Positions 10,179-20,248 are shown, counted from the first letter of the stretch. The stretch is 64,000 bases of DNA from an uncultured Sphingopyxis sp. (GCA_964401155.1 CAYNXF010000004.1:42887-106886); one strand, 5' to 3'. Made by a program: numbers and translations. Notes: generated by a model not told the origin, from the sequence alone.

Positions 10179-11408
10179 CTAAACCTCAACCCCCGCCAGC
10201 AACCTGGGCAAATCGCCCGCCTCGCCGCGCGCTTGATCCATGAAGAAACGCTTGAGCATCGGCGTACGCTGCACCGCGCCCAATCCGGCGCGCCGGATCG
10301 CCGACGCCGCTCCGCCCGGCGCGCCGAACAGCCGGTTAAGCCCGTCGGTCGCTAGCGCCACCAGCATATTGTCAAGCCCGCGCCAGCGCTGGTAGCGCGC
10401 CAGCAACGCCGCATCGCCAAGGTCGAGCCCCAGCCGCGTGCCTTCCACCAGCACTTCGGCCAACGCGGCAACGTCGCGCAAGCCAAGGTTGAACCCCTGC
10501 CCAGCGATCGGATGGATGCCGTGCGCCGCATCGCCCACCAGCACAAGCCGTTCGCTGACAAGGCCAGCGGTGCGATGGAAACCCAGCGGCCAGGACTGAC
10601 GCGGTGCGATCATTTCGATCTGGCCCAGCACCCCGCCCATGCATTTTTCGAGCTCGGCGGTGAAGCCGCGTTCCCCCAGCTTCATCAGCCCCGGGCCGCG
10701 CGCCTCGCTGACGCTCCACACAAATGCCGAACGGTGGCGGCCATCGGCGAGGTCGTTCAGCGGCAGGATCGCAAAGGGCCCTTCGCTGTAAAAAATCTCA
10801 TAGGCGATATTGTTGTGTGGCTTTTCATGGGCAAAGCCGCCGATCAGCGCGTGGTGGTGGTAGGACCACTGCGCAATCGTAAAGCCCGCTGCATCGCGCG
10901 TCGGCGAGCGCCGCCCCTCGCACACCGCGAGCAATGGTGCGGCCAGCCGGGTGCCATCGGCGAGCATCAGCACTGCACCGTGTGTCCCGCGCTCTTGCGA
11001 TATCACCTGCGCCGGCGCCATCAGCCGGATCAGCGGCGACGCCGACAGCAGCTCGGCGAGTGCCAACCTTAGCGCGCGATTTTCGACCATATGGCCCAGC
11101 GCGCCGTCATCCTCATTCGGCACGAAATCGAGCTCGCCGGGGCGCAGCGCGTCGCTAACCCAGATTTGCCGGATCGGGCAGGCGAGCGGGGCAAGCCGCT
11201 GCGTCAGCCCCAGCACCTCGAACATCCGCCAGCTGGCGCTGGCAATCGCCGTGGCGCGTCCATCAAAATCGGGGGCAATGCTGGCGATGGGATCGGCCGG
11301 ATCGACGATAGTTGATGAAAGCCCGTGATGCGCTAGCGCAATCGCGAGCGTCTGGCCGATCAGGCCGCCGCCCGAAATGATGACATCGCTGGAAAGGGTT
11401 TCGGCCAT
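10179..11408 (-). CDS. UbiH/UbiF/VisC/COQ6-family FAD-dependent ubiquinone-biosynthesis hydroxylase
   Basis: DVIISGGGLIGQTLAIAL dinucleotide-binding motif, LVLVGDAAHGIHPIAGQGFNLGLRD. Start taken at the internal ATG 11408 (MAETLSSD). Confidence 0.85.
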   Translation of the reverse strand: MAETLSSDVIISGGGLIGQTLAIALAHHGLSSTIVDPADPIASIAPDFDGRATAIASASWRMFEVLGLTQRLAPLACPIRQIWVSDALRPGELDFVPNEDDGALGHMVENRALRLALAELLSASPLIRLMAPAQVISQERGTHGAVLMLADGTRLAAPLLAVCEGRRSPTRDAAGFTIAQWSYHHHALIGGFAHEKPHNNIAYEIFYSEGPFAILPLNDLADGRHRSAFVWSVSEARGPGLMKLGERGFTAELEKCMGGVLGQIEMIAPRQSWPLGFHRTAGLVSERLVLVGDAAHGIHPIAGQGFNLGLRDVAALAEVLVEGTRLGLDLGDAALLARYQRWRGLDNMLVALATDGLNRLFGAPGGAASAIRRAGLGAVQRTPMLKRFFMDQARGEAGDLPRLLAGVEV

Positions 11409-11536
11409 GGCTTTTCCACTAATGCCTGCGCACGCGCGGCGCAATGCCGCCCGCTTCGCTTGACGGCGAGTCCGCGCGGCGTGCATAGCACCGCAGCGCG
11501 CCGTTAACCGTTGGCGCGCGGGGGAATGAAGCGTCT

Positions 11537-13849
11537 ATGGCAAGCCAGCGGGCCGGAATGACACGCGTCGATTGGCGGACGACCTTCCGCCAGAGCATCG
11601 CGCGCATCAGTTGGCTGGCGGGCTCCGTGCTGATGTTTGCCTTTACCCTGTTTCTGCTCTTGGCGCTCGTAACCTATGACCCGCGCGACGATGCCATCCA
11701 CACAGCGGCAGGCGGGGCCAGCGCCAACTGGATGGGCGGCGCCGGGGCAATGGTTGCCGACGCGCTGTTGTTCACCGGCGGGATCGGAGCGGTGCTGCTG
11801 GTCCCGTTAACGGCCGTTTTTGCCGCGCGGATGTGGCGCGGCGACACGCAGCCCAGATGGAAACGCCAGCTTGTCATGCTGCTCGGCGGCGTGCTGCTGG
11901 TCGGGCTGGGGGCTGAGCTATGGTCACCCGCCAGCAATGCCGCGCTCCCGGCCGGATGGGGCGGGATTGTCGCGTTACTGGCCGGTCGCGAGGCGGCGCC
12001 GCTGTTCGACCTTATCGCCGCGCCCTGGGCCGCGCTGCTGCGTTTTGGGGTGATCCTGCTGCTCGCCGCGCTGGGGCTGTGGCTCGCGTGGCGCGCGCTG
12101 GCGCTGCCGAAGGATTGGGCGAGCGGCTGGTCGTGGGGCAGCGGCGATGCGCCTTTCATTGCCGACCGCGCGCCCGCGCTCGCTGGCGAAAGGCCCGCTT
12201 CGCTGGTCGCCAAGGTCATCCGCCCGCGTCCGCGCGCTGCTACCGAACCGCGCGCGCCGGTGGAAATCAGCGATCCGGTGCCGCGCAGTGCGCCTGCATC
12301 GCGTCCCAAACCCGCGCGCCAGACCGAGCTGTTCACCCAATATCAGCTGCCCTCGCTCGACCTGCTCGCGCCGCCGCCGCCGCGCCAGGGGGGCACCATC
12401 GACAAAGCCGCGCTGGAGCGCAACGCGCGCCTGCTTGAATCGGTGCTGGAAGATTTCCAGGTCAAAGGCGTCGTCACCGCCGTGCGCCCCGGCCCGGTCG
12501 TGACCATGTACGAACTCGAACCCGCGCCGGGCACCAAGGCGAGCCGCGTGTCAAACCTGGCTGACGATATCGCGCGCAACATGTCGGCTCTGTCGGCGCG
12601 CATTGCCCCCATTCCCGGGCGTACGGTGATCGGCATCGAGCTGCCCAATGCTAGGCGGGAGGCTGTCGTGCTCCACGAAATGATCGGCAGCGGCCTGTTC
12701 GCCGAACAGACCGGCCAGCTGCCTATCATCCTGGGCAAGAATATCAGCGGCGATCCGGTGATCGCCGACTTGGCGCCAATGCCGCACCTGCTGATCGCGG
12801 GGACGACGGGGTCGGGCAAGTCAGTGGGGCTTAATGCGATGATTTTGTCGCTGCTCTACCGGCTGGGTCCCGACAATTGCCGGATGATCCTGATCGACCC
12901 CAAGATGTTGGAACTCAGCGTCTATGACGGCATCCCGCATCTGCTGTCGCCGGTGGTGACCGAACCCAAAAAGGCGATCCGCGCATTGAAATGGGCGGTC
13001 GAGCAGATGGAGGATCGCTACCGCATGATGTCGTCGCTGTCGGTGCGTAACCTCGCCAGCTATAACGAGAAAGTGCGCGGCGCGCTTGCCAAGGGCAAGT
13101 CGCTCGGGCGGCGCGTGCAAACGGGCTATGACCCCGACACCGGCCAGCCGGTCTATGAGGAAGAGACGCTCGATTACCAGCCGCTGCCGCAGATTGTCGT
13201 GGTGGTTGACGAGCTCGCCGACCTGATGATGACCGCAGGCAAGGAAGTCGAGTTCCTGATCCAGCGCCTCGCACAAAAGGCGCGTGCAGCGGGGATCCAT
13301 TTGATCCTCGCGACGCAGCGCCCCTCGGTCGATGTCATCACCGGCGTGATCAAGGCGAACCTGCCGACGCGCATCTCGTTCAACGTCACCTCGAAAATCG
13401 ACAGTCGCACCATTTTGGGCGAGGCGGGGGCCGAACAGCTGCTGGGCAAGGGCGATATGCTATACGTCCCCGGCGGCAAACAGATTACGCGCATCCACGG
13501 CCCGTTCGTGTCGGATGACGAGGTGCGCGCGGTCGCCGACCATTGGCGCACGCAGGGCCAGCCCGATTATATCGAATCGGTGACCGAGGAGCCCGAGGAC
13601 GGCGGCTTTGCCCTCGACGGCGCCCCGGTGGGCGAGGACAGCGCCGAGGACCGCATCTACAGCAAGGCCAAGCAGATCGTGATCGAAAGCCAGAAAGCGT
13701 CGACCAGCTGGCTGCAGCGCCAGCTGCGCATCGGCTATAACAGCGCGGCGCGGCTGATCGACCGGCTGGAGGAGGACGGCATTATCGGTCCCCCCAATCA
13801 TGTCGGCCGGCGCGATGTGCTGGTCGACCGCAACGGGTTTCCACGATGA
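11537..13849 (+). CDS. ftsK: DNA translocase FtsK
   Basis: N-terminal TM helices, a Pro/Ala linker, the motor domain with Walker A LIAGTTGSGKSVGLN and ATQRPSVDVITG, and a C-terminal gamma wHTH (STSWLQRQLRIGYNSAARLIDRLE). Confidence 0.95.
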   Translation: MASQRAGMTRVDWRTTFRQSIARISWLAGSVLMFAFTLFLLLALVTYDPRDDAIHTAAGGASANWMGGAGAMVADALLFTGGIGAVLLVPLTAVFAARMWRGDTQPRWKRQLVMLLGGVLLVGLGAELWSPASNAALPAGWGGIVALLAGREAAPLFDLIAAPWAALLRFGVILLLAALGLWLAWRALALPKDWASGWSWGSGDAPFIADRAPALAGERPASLVAKVIRPRPRAATEPRAPVEISDPVPRSAPASRPKPARQTELFTQYQLPSLDLLAPPPPRQGGTIDKAALERNARLLESVLEDFQVKGVVTAVRPGPVVTMYELEPAPGTKASRVSNLADDIARNMSALSARIAPIPGRTVIGIELPNARREAVVLHEMIGSGLFAEQTGQLPIILGKNISGDPVIADLAPMPHLLIAGTTGSGKSVGLNAMILSLLYRLGPDNCRMILIDPKMLELSVYDGIPHLLSPVVTEPKKAIRALKWAVEQMEDRYRMMSSLSVRNLASYNEKVRGALAKGKSLGRRVQTGYDPDTGQPVYEEETLDYQPLPQIVVVVDELADLMMTAGKEVEFLIQRLAQKARAAGIHLILATQRPSVDVITGVIKANLPTRISFNVTSKIDSRTILGEAGAEQLLGKGDMLYVPGGKQITRIHGPFVSDDEVRAVADHWRTQGQPDYIESVTEEPEDGGFALDGAPVGEDSAEDRIYSKAKQIVIESQKASTSWLQRQLRIGYNSAARLIDRLEEDGIIGPPNHVGRRDVLVDRNGFPR

Positions 13850-13861
13850 CCTTACCCGCCG

Positions 13862-13940
13862 CGTCATTGCGAGCCGAAGGCGAAGCAATCCAGGGCTGTG
13901 TTGGACCGCTCTGGATTGCTTCGCTGCGCTCGCAATGACG
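13862..13940. repeat. REP-like imperfect palindrome (two 13-bp perfect arm segments, 17-nt loop)
   Basis: cgtcattgcgagc..cgaagcaatccag (13862-13893) pairs with ctggattgcttcg..gctcgcaatgacg (13911-13940). It lies in the ftsK-lolA spacer. Confidence 0.7.
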
Positions 13941-13992
13941 GGAATGGCCCGAATTCACCCCTTGTTCAACGCTGACCCTGCAAAGAAGCGAA

Positions 13993-14631
13993 ATGAAAAC
14001 TGTCCGTCCCACGATTGCGCTCGCTTTTGCTGCTCTCACCAGCGTCGCCGCCATCCCCGCGCTCGTCGCGCAAACCACCCCCGCACCCGCTCTGTCCGCG
14101 GTGCAGGCGCATTTGCGCGCAACCAGTTCGATGACCGCCGATTTCGTCCAGACCGACCGCAATGGCCAGCGGCTGACCGGCAAGCTGACCTTGAAGCGCC
14201 CCGGCAAAATCCGTTTTCAGTATCAAAAGGATGTGCCGCTGCTGATTGTAGGCGATGGCAATTCGCTGACCATGATCGATTATGAGGTGCGCCAGGTGCA
14301 GCGCTGGCCGGTCAAAAATTCGCCGCTGACCGTGCTGCTCGACCCCGAACGCGACCTGACGCCCTTTGCCACGCTGGTGCCCACCGGCGATCCCGATGTC
14401 ACCAGCGTTGCGGTGCGCGATCCCAAGCGCCCCGAATTTGGCACCATCACCATGGTGTTCACCCGTGACGCCGCCGCACCCGCTGGCCTTCGTCTGCGCG
14501 GCTGGGTCGCGCTCGATGCCAAAAACAACCGCACACGCATCGACCTCGCCAATCAGCGCTTCAATGTGGCGGTCGCTGATTCGGCGTTCAAATGGACCGA
14601 TCCGCGCCCGCGCCGTCGCCCCGGCACCTGA
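13993..14631 (+). CDS. lolA: outer-membrane lipoprotein carrier protein LolA
   Basis: Signal peptide, then LTGKLTLKRPGKIRFQYQ and LLIVGDGNSLTMIDYEV, typical of LolA. 212 aa. Confidence 0.85.
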   Translation: MKTVRPTIALAFAALTSVAAIPALVAQTTPAPALSAVQAHLRATSSMTADFVQTDRNGQRLTGKLTLKRPGKIRFQYQKDVPLLIVGDGNSLTMIDYEVRQVQRWPVKNSPLTVLLDPERDLTPFATLVPTGDPDVTSVAVRDPKRPEFGTITMVFTRDAAAPAGLRLRGWVALDAKNNRTRIDLANQRFNVAVADSAFKWTDPRPRRRPGT

Positions 14632-14830
14632 CCAGGCAACGCCTCATCGTCGCACCGGCTCATCTGCCCGCAAAAGACCGCATTTCGTTCATCAAGGCGA
14701 CAGGCTTGGCGCGCTAATCCCGCTTTCGAAGAGCGCATCAACGGCGCGGCACTTGTTCGGGTTTCCCCCCTGTTGCCCCGACAGCCCCGCCAGCACTCTT
14801 CTTTCAAGAGCGTGACGAACGCTAGCCTTG

Positions 14831-14870
14831 AACCCCCGTTCCACCGCCCCTGGAACGGGGGTTTATGATT
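14831..14870 (+). terminator. intrinsic terminator (13-bp stem, 7-nt loop, T-containing tail)
   Basis: aacccccgttcca-ccgcccc-tggaacgggggtt followed by tatgatt. Located about 200 nt downstream of the lolA stop. Confidence 0.6.
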
Positions 14871-14921
14871 CTGGGGAAGTGCAGTTGCACCCCGCCTGTG
14901 CCGCCGATATGGCGACCAGCT

Positions 14922-15710
14922 ATGCCTATCTCCATCGCATCATGGAACATCAACAGCGTCCGCGCGCGCATCGGCATTGTCGAGCGTTTCCTGCGCGAGG
15001 CCACGCCCGACATTCTCTGCCTGCAGGAAATCAAGGTCGAATGCGGGCTGTTCCCGCACGCCGCCTTCAAGGCATTGGGCTATGACCATGTCATCACCCA
15101 CGGCCAGCGCATGCACCACGGCGTCGCCATCATCAGCCGCATTCCGCTCACTGACATCAGCAAGCATGACTGGCAGGCGAATGGCGAGGCGCGGCATGTC
15201 GGCGCGCTGCTGCCCGGAGGGGTGCGGCTCGACAATGTCTATGTGCCCGCTGGCGGCGATATTGCCGACCGCAACCTTAATCCGAAATTCGGCCAGAAAC
15301 TGGACTTTCTCGAACGGATGATCGGCTGGTCGGGGTCACTGGCAACGCCGACGATTTTGGTGGGCGATTTCAACATCGCGCCGCTCGAATCGGACGTGTG
15401 GAACCATAAGGCGCTGCTCGACGTGGTCAGCCATACGCCGGTTGAAGTGGAGACGCTGGCTCGATTGCAAACGGCCGCAAACTGGGTTGATTTGGGCCGT
15501 CATTTTACCCCCGCGCCTGAGCGGCTTTATACCTGGTGGAGTTACCGCGCCAAGGATTGGGCAGAAAGCGATCGCGGCCGCCGCCTCGACCATATGTGGG
15601 CGACGCCCGATGTCGCCCCAAAAGCCATAGCCCATCGGATCCACGAGCCTTGTCGCAGCTGGGACAAGCCATCGGACCATATCCCATTGGTGACGGAGTT
15701 TGCGCTTTGA
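14922..15710 (+). CDS. xth: exodeoxyribonuclease III
   Basis: MPISIASWNINSVRARI, ILCLQEIK, LVGDFNIAP and SDHIPLVTEF are EEP/Xth motifs. Start taken at ATG 14922. Confidence 0.92.
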   Translation: MPISIASWNINSVRARIGIVERFLREATPDILCLQEIKVECGLFPHAAFKALGYDHVITHGQRMHHGVAIISRIPLTDISKHDWQANGEARHVGALLPGGVRLDNVYVPAGGDIADRNLNPKFGQKLDFLERMIGWSGSLATPTILVGDFNIAPLESDVWNHKALLDVVSHTPVEVETLARLQTAANWVDLGRHFTPAPERLYTWWSYRAKDWAESDRGRRLDHMWATPDVAPKAIAHRIHEPCRSWDKPSDHIPLVTEFAL

Positions 15711-16750
15711 CCGATACCGCTGCGCGCCGCGCCGCGCGCGGGGCCGACGCGCTGCGGCGCGGCTGGCCGGTGCGGATCGGCGGACTCGACCTGCTCGCGG
15801 TGGAAAGCGCCGATGACCGGGCGCTCGCGAATTTTGCCAGCGCCGACCTCATCCTCTCGGGCGAACGTGCGGCGACGCTGAAGCTCACCAACCAGCGCGC
15901 GGCAGCCGCGCCGGGGCCAGTGCGGCTTGCGGGCGCAGGCACCAGCGTCGCGGCTGCCCTTGCGATCGCCGACCCGGCGCTTGATTTGGCGCATCCGTTC
16001 AAGGGACCCTTTTCGACCGTACCCGTTGGGGACGAAGCCGCCGCCACTGCCGCAATCACGCTGGCCCGCCACATTGGCATTTTGCCCGCTGCCTTCGTGC
16101 GCGCCGCTGGGGGGATGGTTGAGGCCGAATTGGAAGCCGAGGATATTTCAGCCTTGCTGGATCCTGCCCGGCTGCGCATCGCGGCGCGCGCGCAGCTGCC
16201 GGTTGCCGCTGCCGAGACAAGTGAAATCGTCGCCTTCCGCTCGCCTGAGGAAGCGTCGGACCATGTCGCGCTGATCATCGGCCAACCCACCGCCGCGCCC
16301 CCCGTGGTCCGCTTGCACAGCGAATGTCTGACCGGCGACGTACTGGGCAGTCTGAAATGCGATTGCGGGCCGCAATTGCACGCCGCGCTCGCCGCCATGG
16401 CGGCGAACGACTGGGGCATCCTCCTCTATCTGCGGCAGGAGGGGCGCGGCATCGGCCTTGTCAACAAACTGCGCGCCTACGCCTTGCAGGATCAGGGGTT
16501 TGATACGGTCGATGCCAATATCCGGTTGGGCTTTCCGGTCGAGGCCCGCGACTTTGCTATCGCGGCGCAGATGCTCAAGCTGCTCGGACGCACCTACATC
16601 CGGCTGATGACCAACAACCCTGACAAGGTGGCGAGGCTGGTCTCCGAAGGCATCGACGTCACCGAGCGGTTACCGCTGGCGCTGCCGCCTAATCCGCACA
16701 ACGAACATTATCTGGCGACCAAACGCGACCGGACGGGCCACCAGCTTTAG
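15707..16750 (+). CDS. ribA: GTP cyclohydrolase II with N-terminal extension domain
   Basis: VRLHSECLTGDVLGSLKCDCGPQL and YLRQEGRGIGLVNKLRAYALQD. The probable TTG start at 15707 overlaps the xth stop; the longer track ORF would overlap xth. Confidence 0.85.
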   Translation: MTDTAARRAARGADALRRGWPVRIGGLDLLAVESADDRALANFASADLILSGERAATLKLTNQRAAAAPGPVRLAGAGTSVAAALAIADPALDLAHPFKGPFSTVPVGDEAAATAAITLARHIGILPAAFVRAAGGMVEAELEAEDISALLDPARLRIAARAQLPVAAAETSEIVAFRSPEEASDHVALIIGQPTAAPPVVRLHSECLTGDVLGSLKCDCGPQLHAALAAMAANDWGILLYLRQEGRGIGLVNKLRAYALQDQGFDTVDANIRLGFPVEARDFAIAAQMLKLLGRTYIRLMTNNPDKVARLVSEGIDVTERLPLALPPNPHNEHYLATKRDRTGHQL

Positions 16751-17550
16751 TGCACGAAGCGCGCCACTACGTCGCGATAGCTGCGCGACACTTTGACCTG
16801 CGCACCGGACCCCAACACCAGAAAACATTCTCCATTGGTGTGCGGCTTGACCTGTTTGACCTGACCCAAATTGACGATGGTCGACCGGTGGACGCGCTGG
16901 AAGTTTCTGGGATCAAGCCGCTTTTCCAGATCTTTCATCGTCTCGCGCAGAATTAGCGAATTGTCGGCGGTATAGATGCACATATAATCGCCGGCGGCAT
17001 CAATCCGCTCGATGCTGTCAACGTCGACGCGGAAAATCTGGCCGCGATCCTTGATGTTGATCAGCTTTTCATAGCGGTCCGCCGACGGCGCTTCGGCTGA
17101 AGGCTCGGACAGTGTATCGGCCACGTCGGGGGCGATTTCGGCGATCACCTCTTTAAGCCGCTCGACCTCGGCAGCGCCGCGCTTTTCCAAAAGACGCTGG
17201 CGCACCCGGTCGAGCGCGTCGGCCAGCCGTTCGGGTTCGACCGGCTTGACCAGATAATCGACCGCCTGCGCCTCGAAGGCGCGGATCGCATGGTCGCTAT
17301 AGGCGGTGACGAACACCACCAGCGGTGGTTCGACATCCATCAGCCCCTGCAACACCGAAAAGCCGTCAAAGCCCGGCATCTGGACGTCCAGAAAGACAAG
17401 GTCAGGCTTGTGCGTTTTGATTTTGCGAATGGCCTCGCGCCCGTTCTGGGCCGTGTCGACGATCTCGATGTCGGCGTGCGGTTCGAGCCGCAACTGCAAC
17501 CCCTGCACCGCCAGTTTTTCATCATCCACCAAAATGGTGCGTATGGTCAT
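16747..17550 (-). CDS. LytR/AlgR (LytTR DNA-binding) family response regulator
   Basis: Receiver domain (ILVDDE, DLVFLDVQMPGFDG, KP) plus a C-terminal LytTR domain (FQRVHRSTIVNLGQV). Confidence 0.9.
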   Translation of the reverse strand: MTIRTILVDDEKLAVQGLQLRLEPHADIEIVDTAQNGREAIRKIKTHKPDLVFLDVQMPGFDGFSVLQGLMDVEPPLVVFVTAYSDHAIRAFEAQAVDYLVKPVEPERLADALDRVRQRLLEKRGAAEVERLKEVIAEIAPDVADTLSEPSAEAPSADRYEKLINIKDRGQIFRVDVDSIERIDAAGDYMCIYTADNSLILRETMKDLEKRLDPRNFQRVHRSTIVNLGQVKQVKPHTNGECFLVLGSGAQVKVSRSYRDVVARFVH

Positions 17551-17582
17551 GCGCGGGTTAATCCAATCATGTCTTGGCCAAT

Positions 17583-18686
17583 CTAGTCCGGTGCGGCCGC
17601 TTGATACGGAAATTCGATAACGACCAGAAAACCGCCTTCAGGTCCTGAACGCACATCAAACCGGCTGCGTTCCCCAAAAGCCTGTGCCAGCCGGTCGCGA
17701 ATATTAGCGAGGCCAACGCCGGTGGAATCTGTCGTCACCGGCAAAGTGGGCGCTGTTGGCACGGCTGACAATCCCGGGCCCGTGTCCGACACGCTGATCC
17801 GCACATTTTGACCGGCGAGCTGTGCCGTCACCGTGATGTCGGCCCCTTCCTCCTGCGGCGACACCGCATATTTGATGGCATTTTCGATTAATGGCTGCAG
17901 CAGCAGCGATGGCAGCCGCGCCTGCTCGGCCGCCGGATCGATGCTGAAATGCGGTCGCAGCCGCTCTTCGAAGCGCATTTTTTCGATCTCGAGATACAAT
18001 TTGAGCGTTTCGATTTCCTGCGCCAGCGTTACCTGCGCGGTTGGTTCATTCGCCAGCGTATAGCGCAGGAAAGAGGACAGCCGCGACAGCATGGCATTGG
18101 CGGGGCCCGTCTGCTTGAGCAGCACCAGCGTCGAAATGCTATTCAGCGTATTGAACAGGAAATGGGGGTTGAGCTGATAGCGCAGCATAGCGAGCTGCGC
18201 CGATGCGGCCTGCGCCTCAAGCCGCAGCATGCGATCCTGTTGCTCCTCCAGCTTCAGGAAATAATTGATGGCGTAATAGAGCGCCGACCACGCCGCGACC
18301 GACGTCGCGTCTATATAAAAGGCAGCCAGAAACAGGCTGGTGAAGCCAACCTCGCTTGCCGGATTCTGGATTTGCGCGATCCAGGCGTCGATAAAGGCCC
18401 AAAGCCCAGTCGCCAGCCCGGCCAAAAGGAACGACACGCTCCACATCCACAGCGGGCGCCGGTCGATCAGCTGGCCATAAAAGACCGACAGGATCAAAGT
18501 CAGCGAAAAACCGGTGACCGCCGATATCGTCTGCGGAATCAGAAAGCCGATGGGTTGGCCGGTGGCGAGCCCCGATACGCCGCGCAAACCCAGCCACGCC
18601 AACCAGCCCAACGTTTGTAGCCGCCAGAAGGCACGCACTTTGTCATCGAAGAAAGGGCCCTGATCGGAAAGCGCAAGCAGCGACAT
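17583..18686 (-). CDS. LytS-type sensor histidine kinase
   Basis: Multi-TM N-terminus, the His_kinase motif QLNPHFLFNTLNSIS and a GHKL ATPase (DTGPG, GVGLANIRDRL). Start taken at the internal ATG 18686. Confidence 0.85.
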   Translation of the reverse strand: MSLLALSDQGPFFDDKVRAFWRLQTLGWLAWLGLRGVSGLATGQPIGFLIPQTISAVTGFSLTLILSVFYGQLIDRRPLWMWSVSFLLAGLATGLWAFIDAWIAQIQNPASEVGFTSLFLAAFYIDATSVAAWSALYYAINYFLKLEEQQDRMLRLEAQAASAQLAMLRYQLNPHFLFNTLNSISTLVLLKQTGPANAMLSRLSSFLRYTLANEPTAQVTLAQEIETLKLYLEIEKMRFEERLRPHFSIDPAAEQARLPSLLLQPLIENAIKYAVSPQEEGADITVTAQLAGQNVRISVSDTGPGLSAVPTAPTLPVTTDSTGVGLANIRDRLAQAFGERSRFDVRSGPEGGFLVVIEFPYQAAAPD

Positions 18687-18732
18687 TGGTGAAGTCGGCG
18701 CGATGATCAGCTGCGGGCGCGGGCGCGGACGG

Positions 18733-19236
18733 TCATTCGGCCGCGATGACCAGTGGACGGGCGCTGCCCAGCGGTTGCAGTTCGGCGCGGTGCTTCCAGC
18801 ACAGCTCCTGATAGGCGAGCGCGCGGCCGTCATGCGCTTGCAGCGTCAGCGGCCGGATCGGCTGTTCGTCATGAATATCGACGAGCACTGGGGTCGAGGG
18901 CACGCCATCACCCCATTTTTCGCCCCATTGGCGCAGCGCGATCATCGCCGGCAGCAGGTCCATGCCCTTTTCCGTGAGGGCATAATGTACCTTGCGCCGA
19001 TCGCAGACCATCACCTGGCGCTCCAGCACGCCATGTTCGACCAGCCGCGCCAGCCGGTTGGACAAGATGTTGCGGGCAATGCCCAGCACTTGCTGAAATT
19101 CCTCGAAATGATGCACACCGTTGAAAGCGGCGCGCAAAATCATGAACGACCAGCGCTCGCCCATCGCCTCGAGCGCAACCGGCAGCGCGCAGTTCAGCCC
19201 TTCGGCTTCGCTCAATGGCTCGCGTAACTTTCCCAT
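18733..19236 (-). CDS. HxlR-family winged-helix transcriptional regulator
   Basis: CALPVALEAMGERWSFMILRAAFNGVHHFEEFQQVLGIARNILSNRLARLVEHGVLER. Start taken at ATG 19236. Confidence 0.85.
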   Translation of the reverse strand: MGKLREPLSEAEGLNCALPVALEAMGERWSFMILRAAFNGVHHFEEFQQVLGIARNILSNRLARLVEHGVLERQVMVCDRRKVHYALTEKGMDLLPAMIALRQWGEKWGDGVPSTPVLVDIHDEQPIRPLTLQAHDGRALAYQELCWKHRAELQPLGSARPLVIAAE

Positions 19237-19268
19237 ACCCGGGGGTTCTAACGCAAAATCCAGGCTTG

Positions 19269-20207
19269 TCACACAAAAGTCTGATGCCGCAGCACGCGCA
19301 CGGCATGCCATGCCAGCCCGGGCGCGCTGCGCAGCGTGTCGAGCGGTGCCAGCCGTAGCGCCCGCAGGATCAGATCGGTGCGCAAATGGAAATGGTTGCG
19401 CCGCACCTGATCGCGCAGCGCAGCAGCACGGCGCGCCTTTGGGACGTGGCCCGTCAACGCTTCAACCACCACCGCGGTTGTCAGCGCCTGGATGGCTGCC
19501 GCGCGGCTGTTGGTCAGGCTGCGCGGGTGTTTGCGGTACAGATAAAGATCCTCGGGTGCATGATGAAATCGATAGTGCGCGGCGGCGCGCAACCAGAAAT
19601 CATAATCCTCGGCCCCGAACAGGTCGGGATCATAGCCCCCCAGCGCAAAATCAACCTCGCGCCGGTAAAGGAAGCTGGCTCCGACATTGTTGCCCAGCAG
19701 CAGATTTTCGGCCGGACCGACGCGGACCGTTTCCTGCACGATACCGCTGCCGTCGATCACGCTATAGTCGCTGTGCGCGATGCCGCATTCGGGATGATCA
19801 TCGAGCGCGGCCACCAGCCGTGCCAGCATGGCCGGACGCAGGACATTGTCGTCCGAGGTCCAGCCGAAATAGGCACCGCGCGCACGGGCAAAGCCGGCGT
19901 TGAGCGCAGCCGGCAGCCCGACATTGGCGTCTATCCGAACATATTGGATGCGCGAATCCGTTGCCGCGGCAGCGGTCAGCAATGCGGGCGAACCATCCGA
20001 AGAGGCATCATCGACACAGATGAGTTCATAGTCGGTGAAACTTTGCGCCGCGATTGAGGCCAGCGCCTCGGCCAGATAGGCCTCGCCATTGTGCACAGGC
20101 AGCACCAGCGACACGCGGGGGACAGGGGCTTTGGCGGTCGTCACCGCGCCCCCATAATCCCGAAAACGGCGCGGGCGAACCGGTTTAACCACAATGCGCC
20201 CGCACAA
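19269..20207 (-). CDS. family 2 glycosyltransferase
   Basis: VSLVLPVHNGEAYLAEALASIAAQSFTDYELICVDDASSDGS, the GT-A DxD context. The true start may be the GTG at 20144. Confidence 0.85.
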   Translation of the reverse strand: MCGRIVVKPVRPRRFRDYGGAVTTAKAPVPRVSLVLPVHNGEAYLAEALASIAAQSFTDYELICVDDASSDGSPALLTAAAATDSRIQYVRIDANVGLPAALNAGFARARGAYFGWTSDDNVLRPAMLARLVAALDDHPECGIAHSDYSVIDGSGIVQETVRVGPAENLLLGNNVGASFLYRREVDFALGGYDPDLFGAEDYDFWLRAAAHYRFHHAPEDLYLYRKHPRSLTNSRAAAIQALTTAVVVEALTGHVPKARRAAALRDQVRRNHFHLRTDLILRALRLAPLDTLRSAPGLAWHAVRVLRHQTFV

Positions 20208-20248
20208 GTTTCGCTTGCAAGGCCGCTTGGCGTCGCCACATTGCCCTG

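Noticed and set aside
13782-14285. 141-aa and 161-aa ORFs crossing the ftsK-lolA spacer
   Set aside because: They read through the REP palindrome, giving the HCERSEAIQ-type translation, and overlap lolA. This is a repeat-derived artefact.
15505-16419. 304-aa minus-strand ORF
   Set aside because: It is antisense to ribA and the end of xth. It is Ala/Ser/Arg-rich and has no start context.
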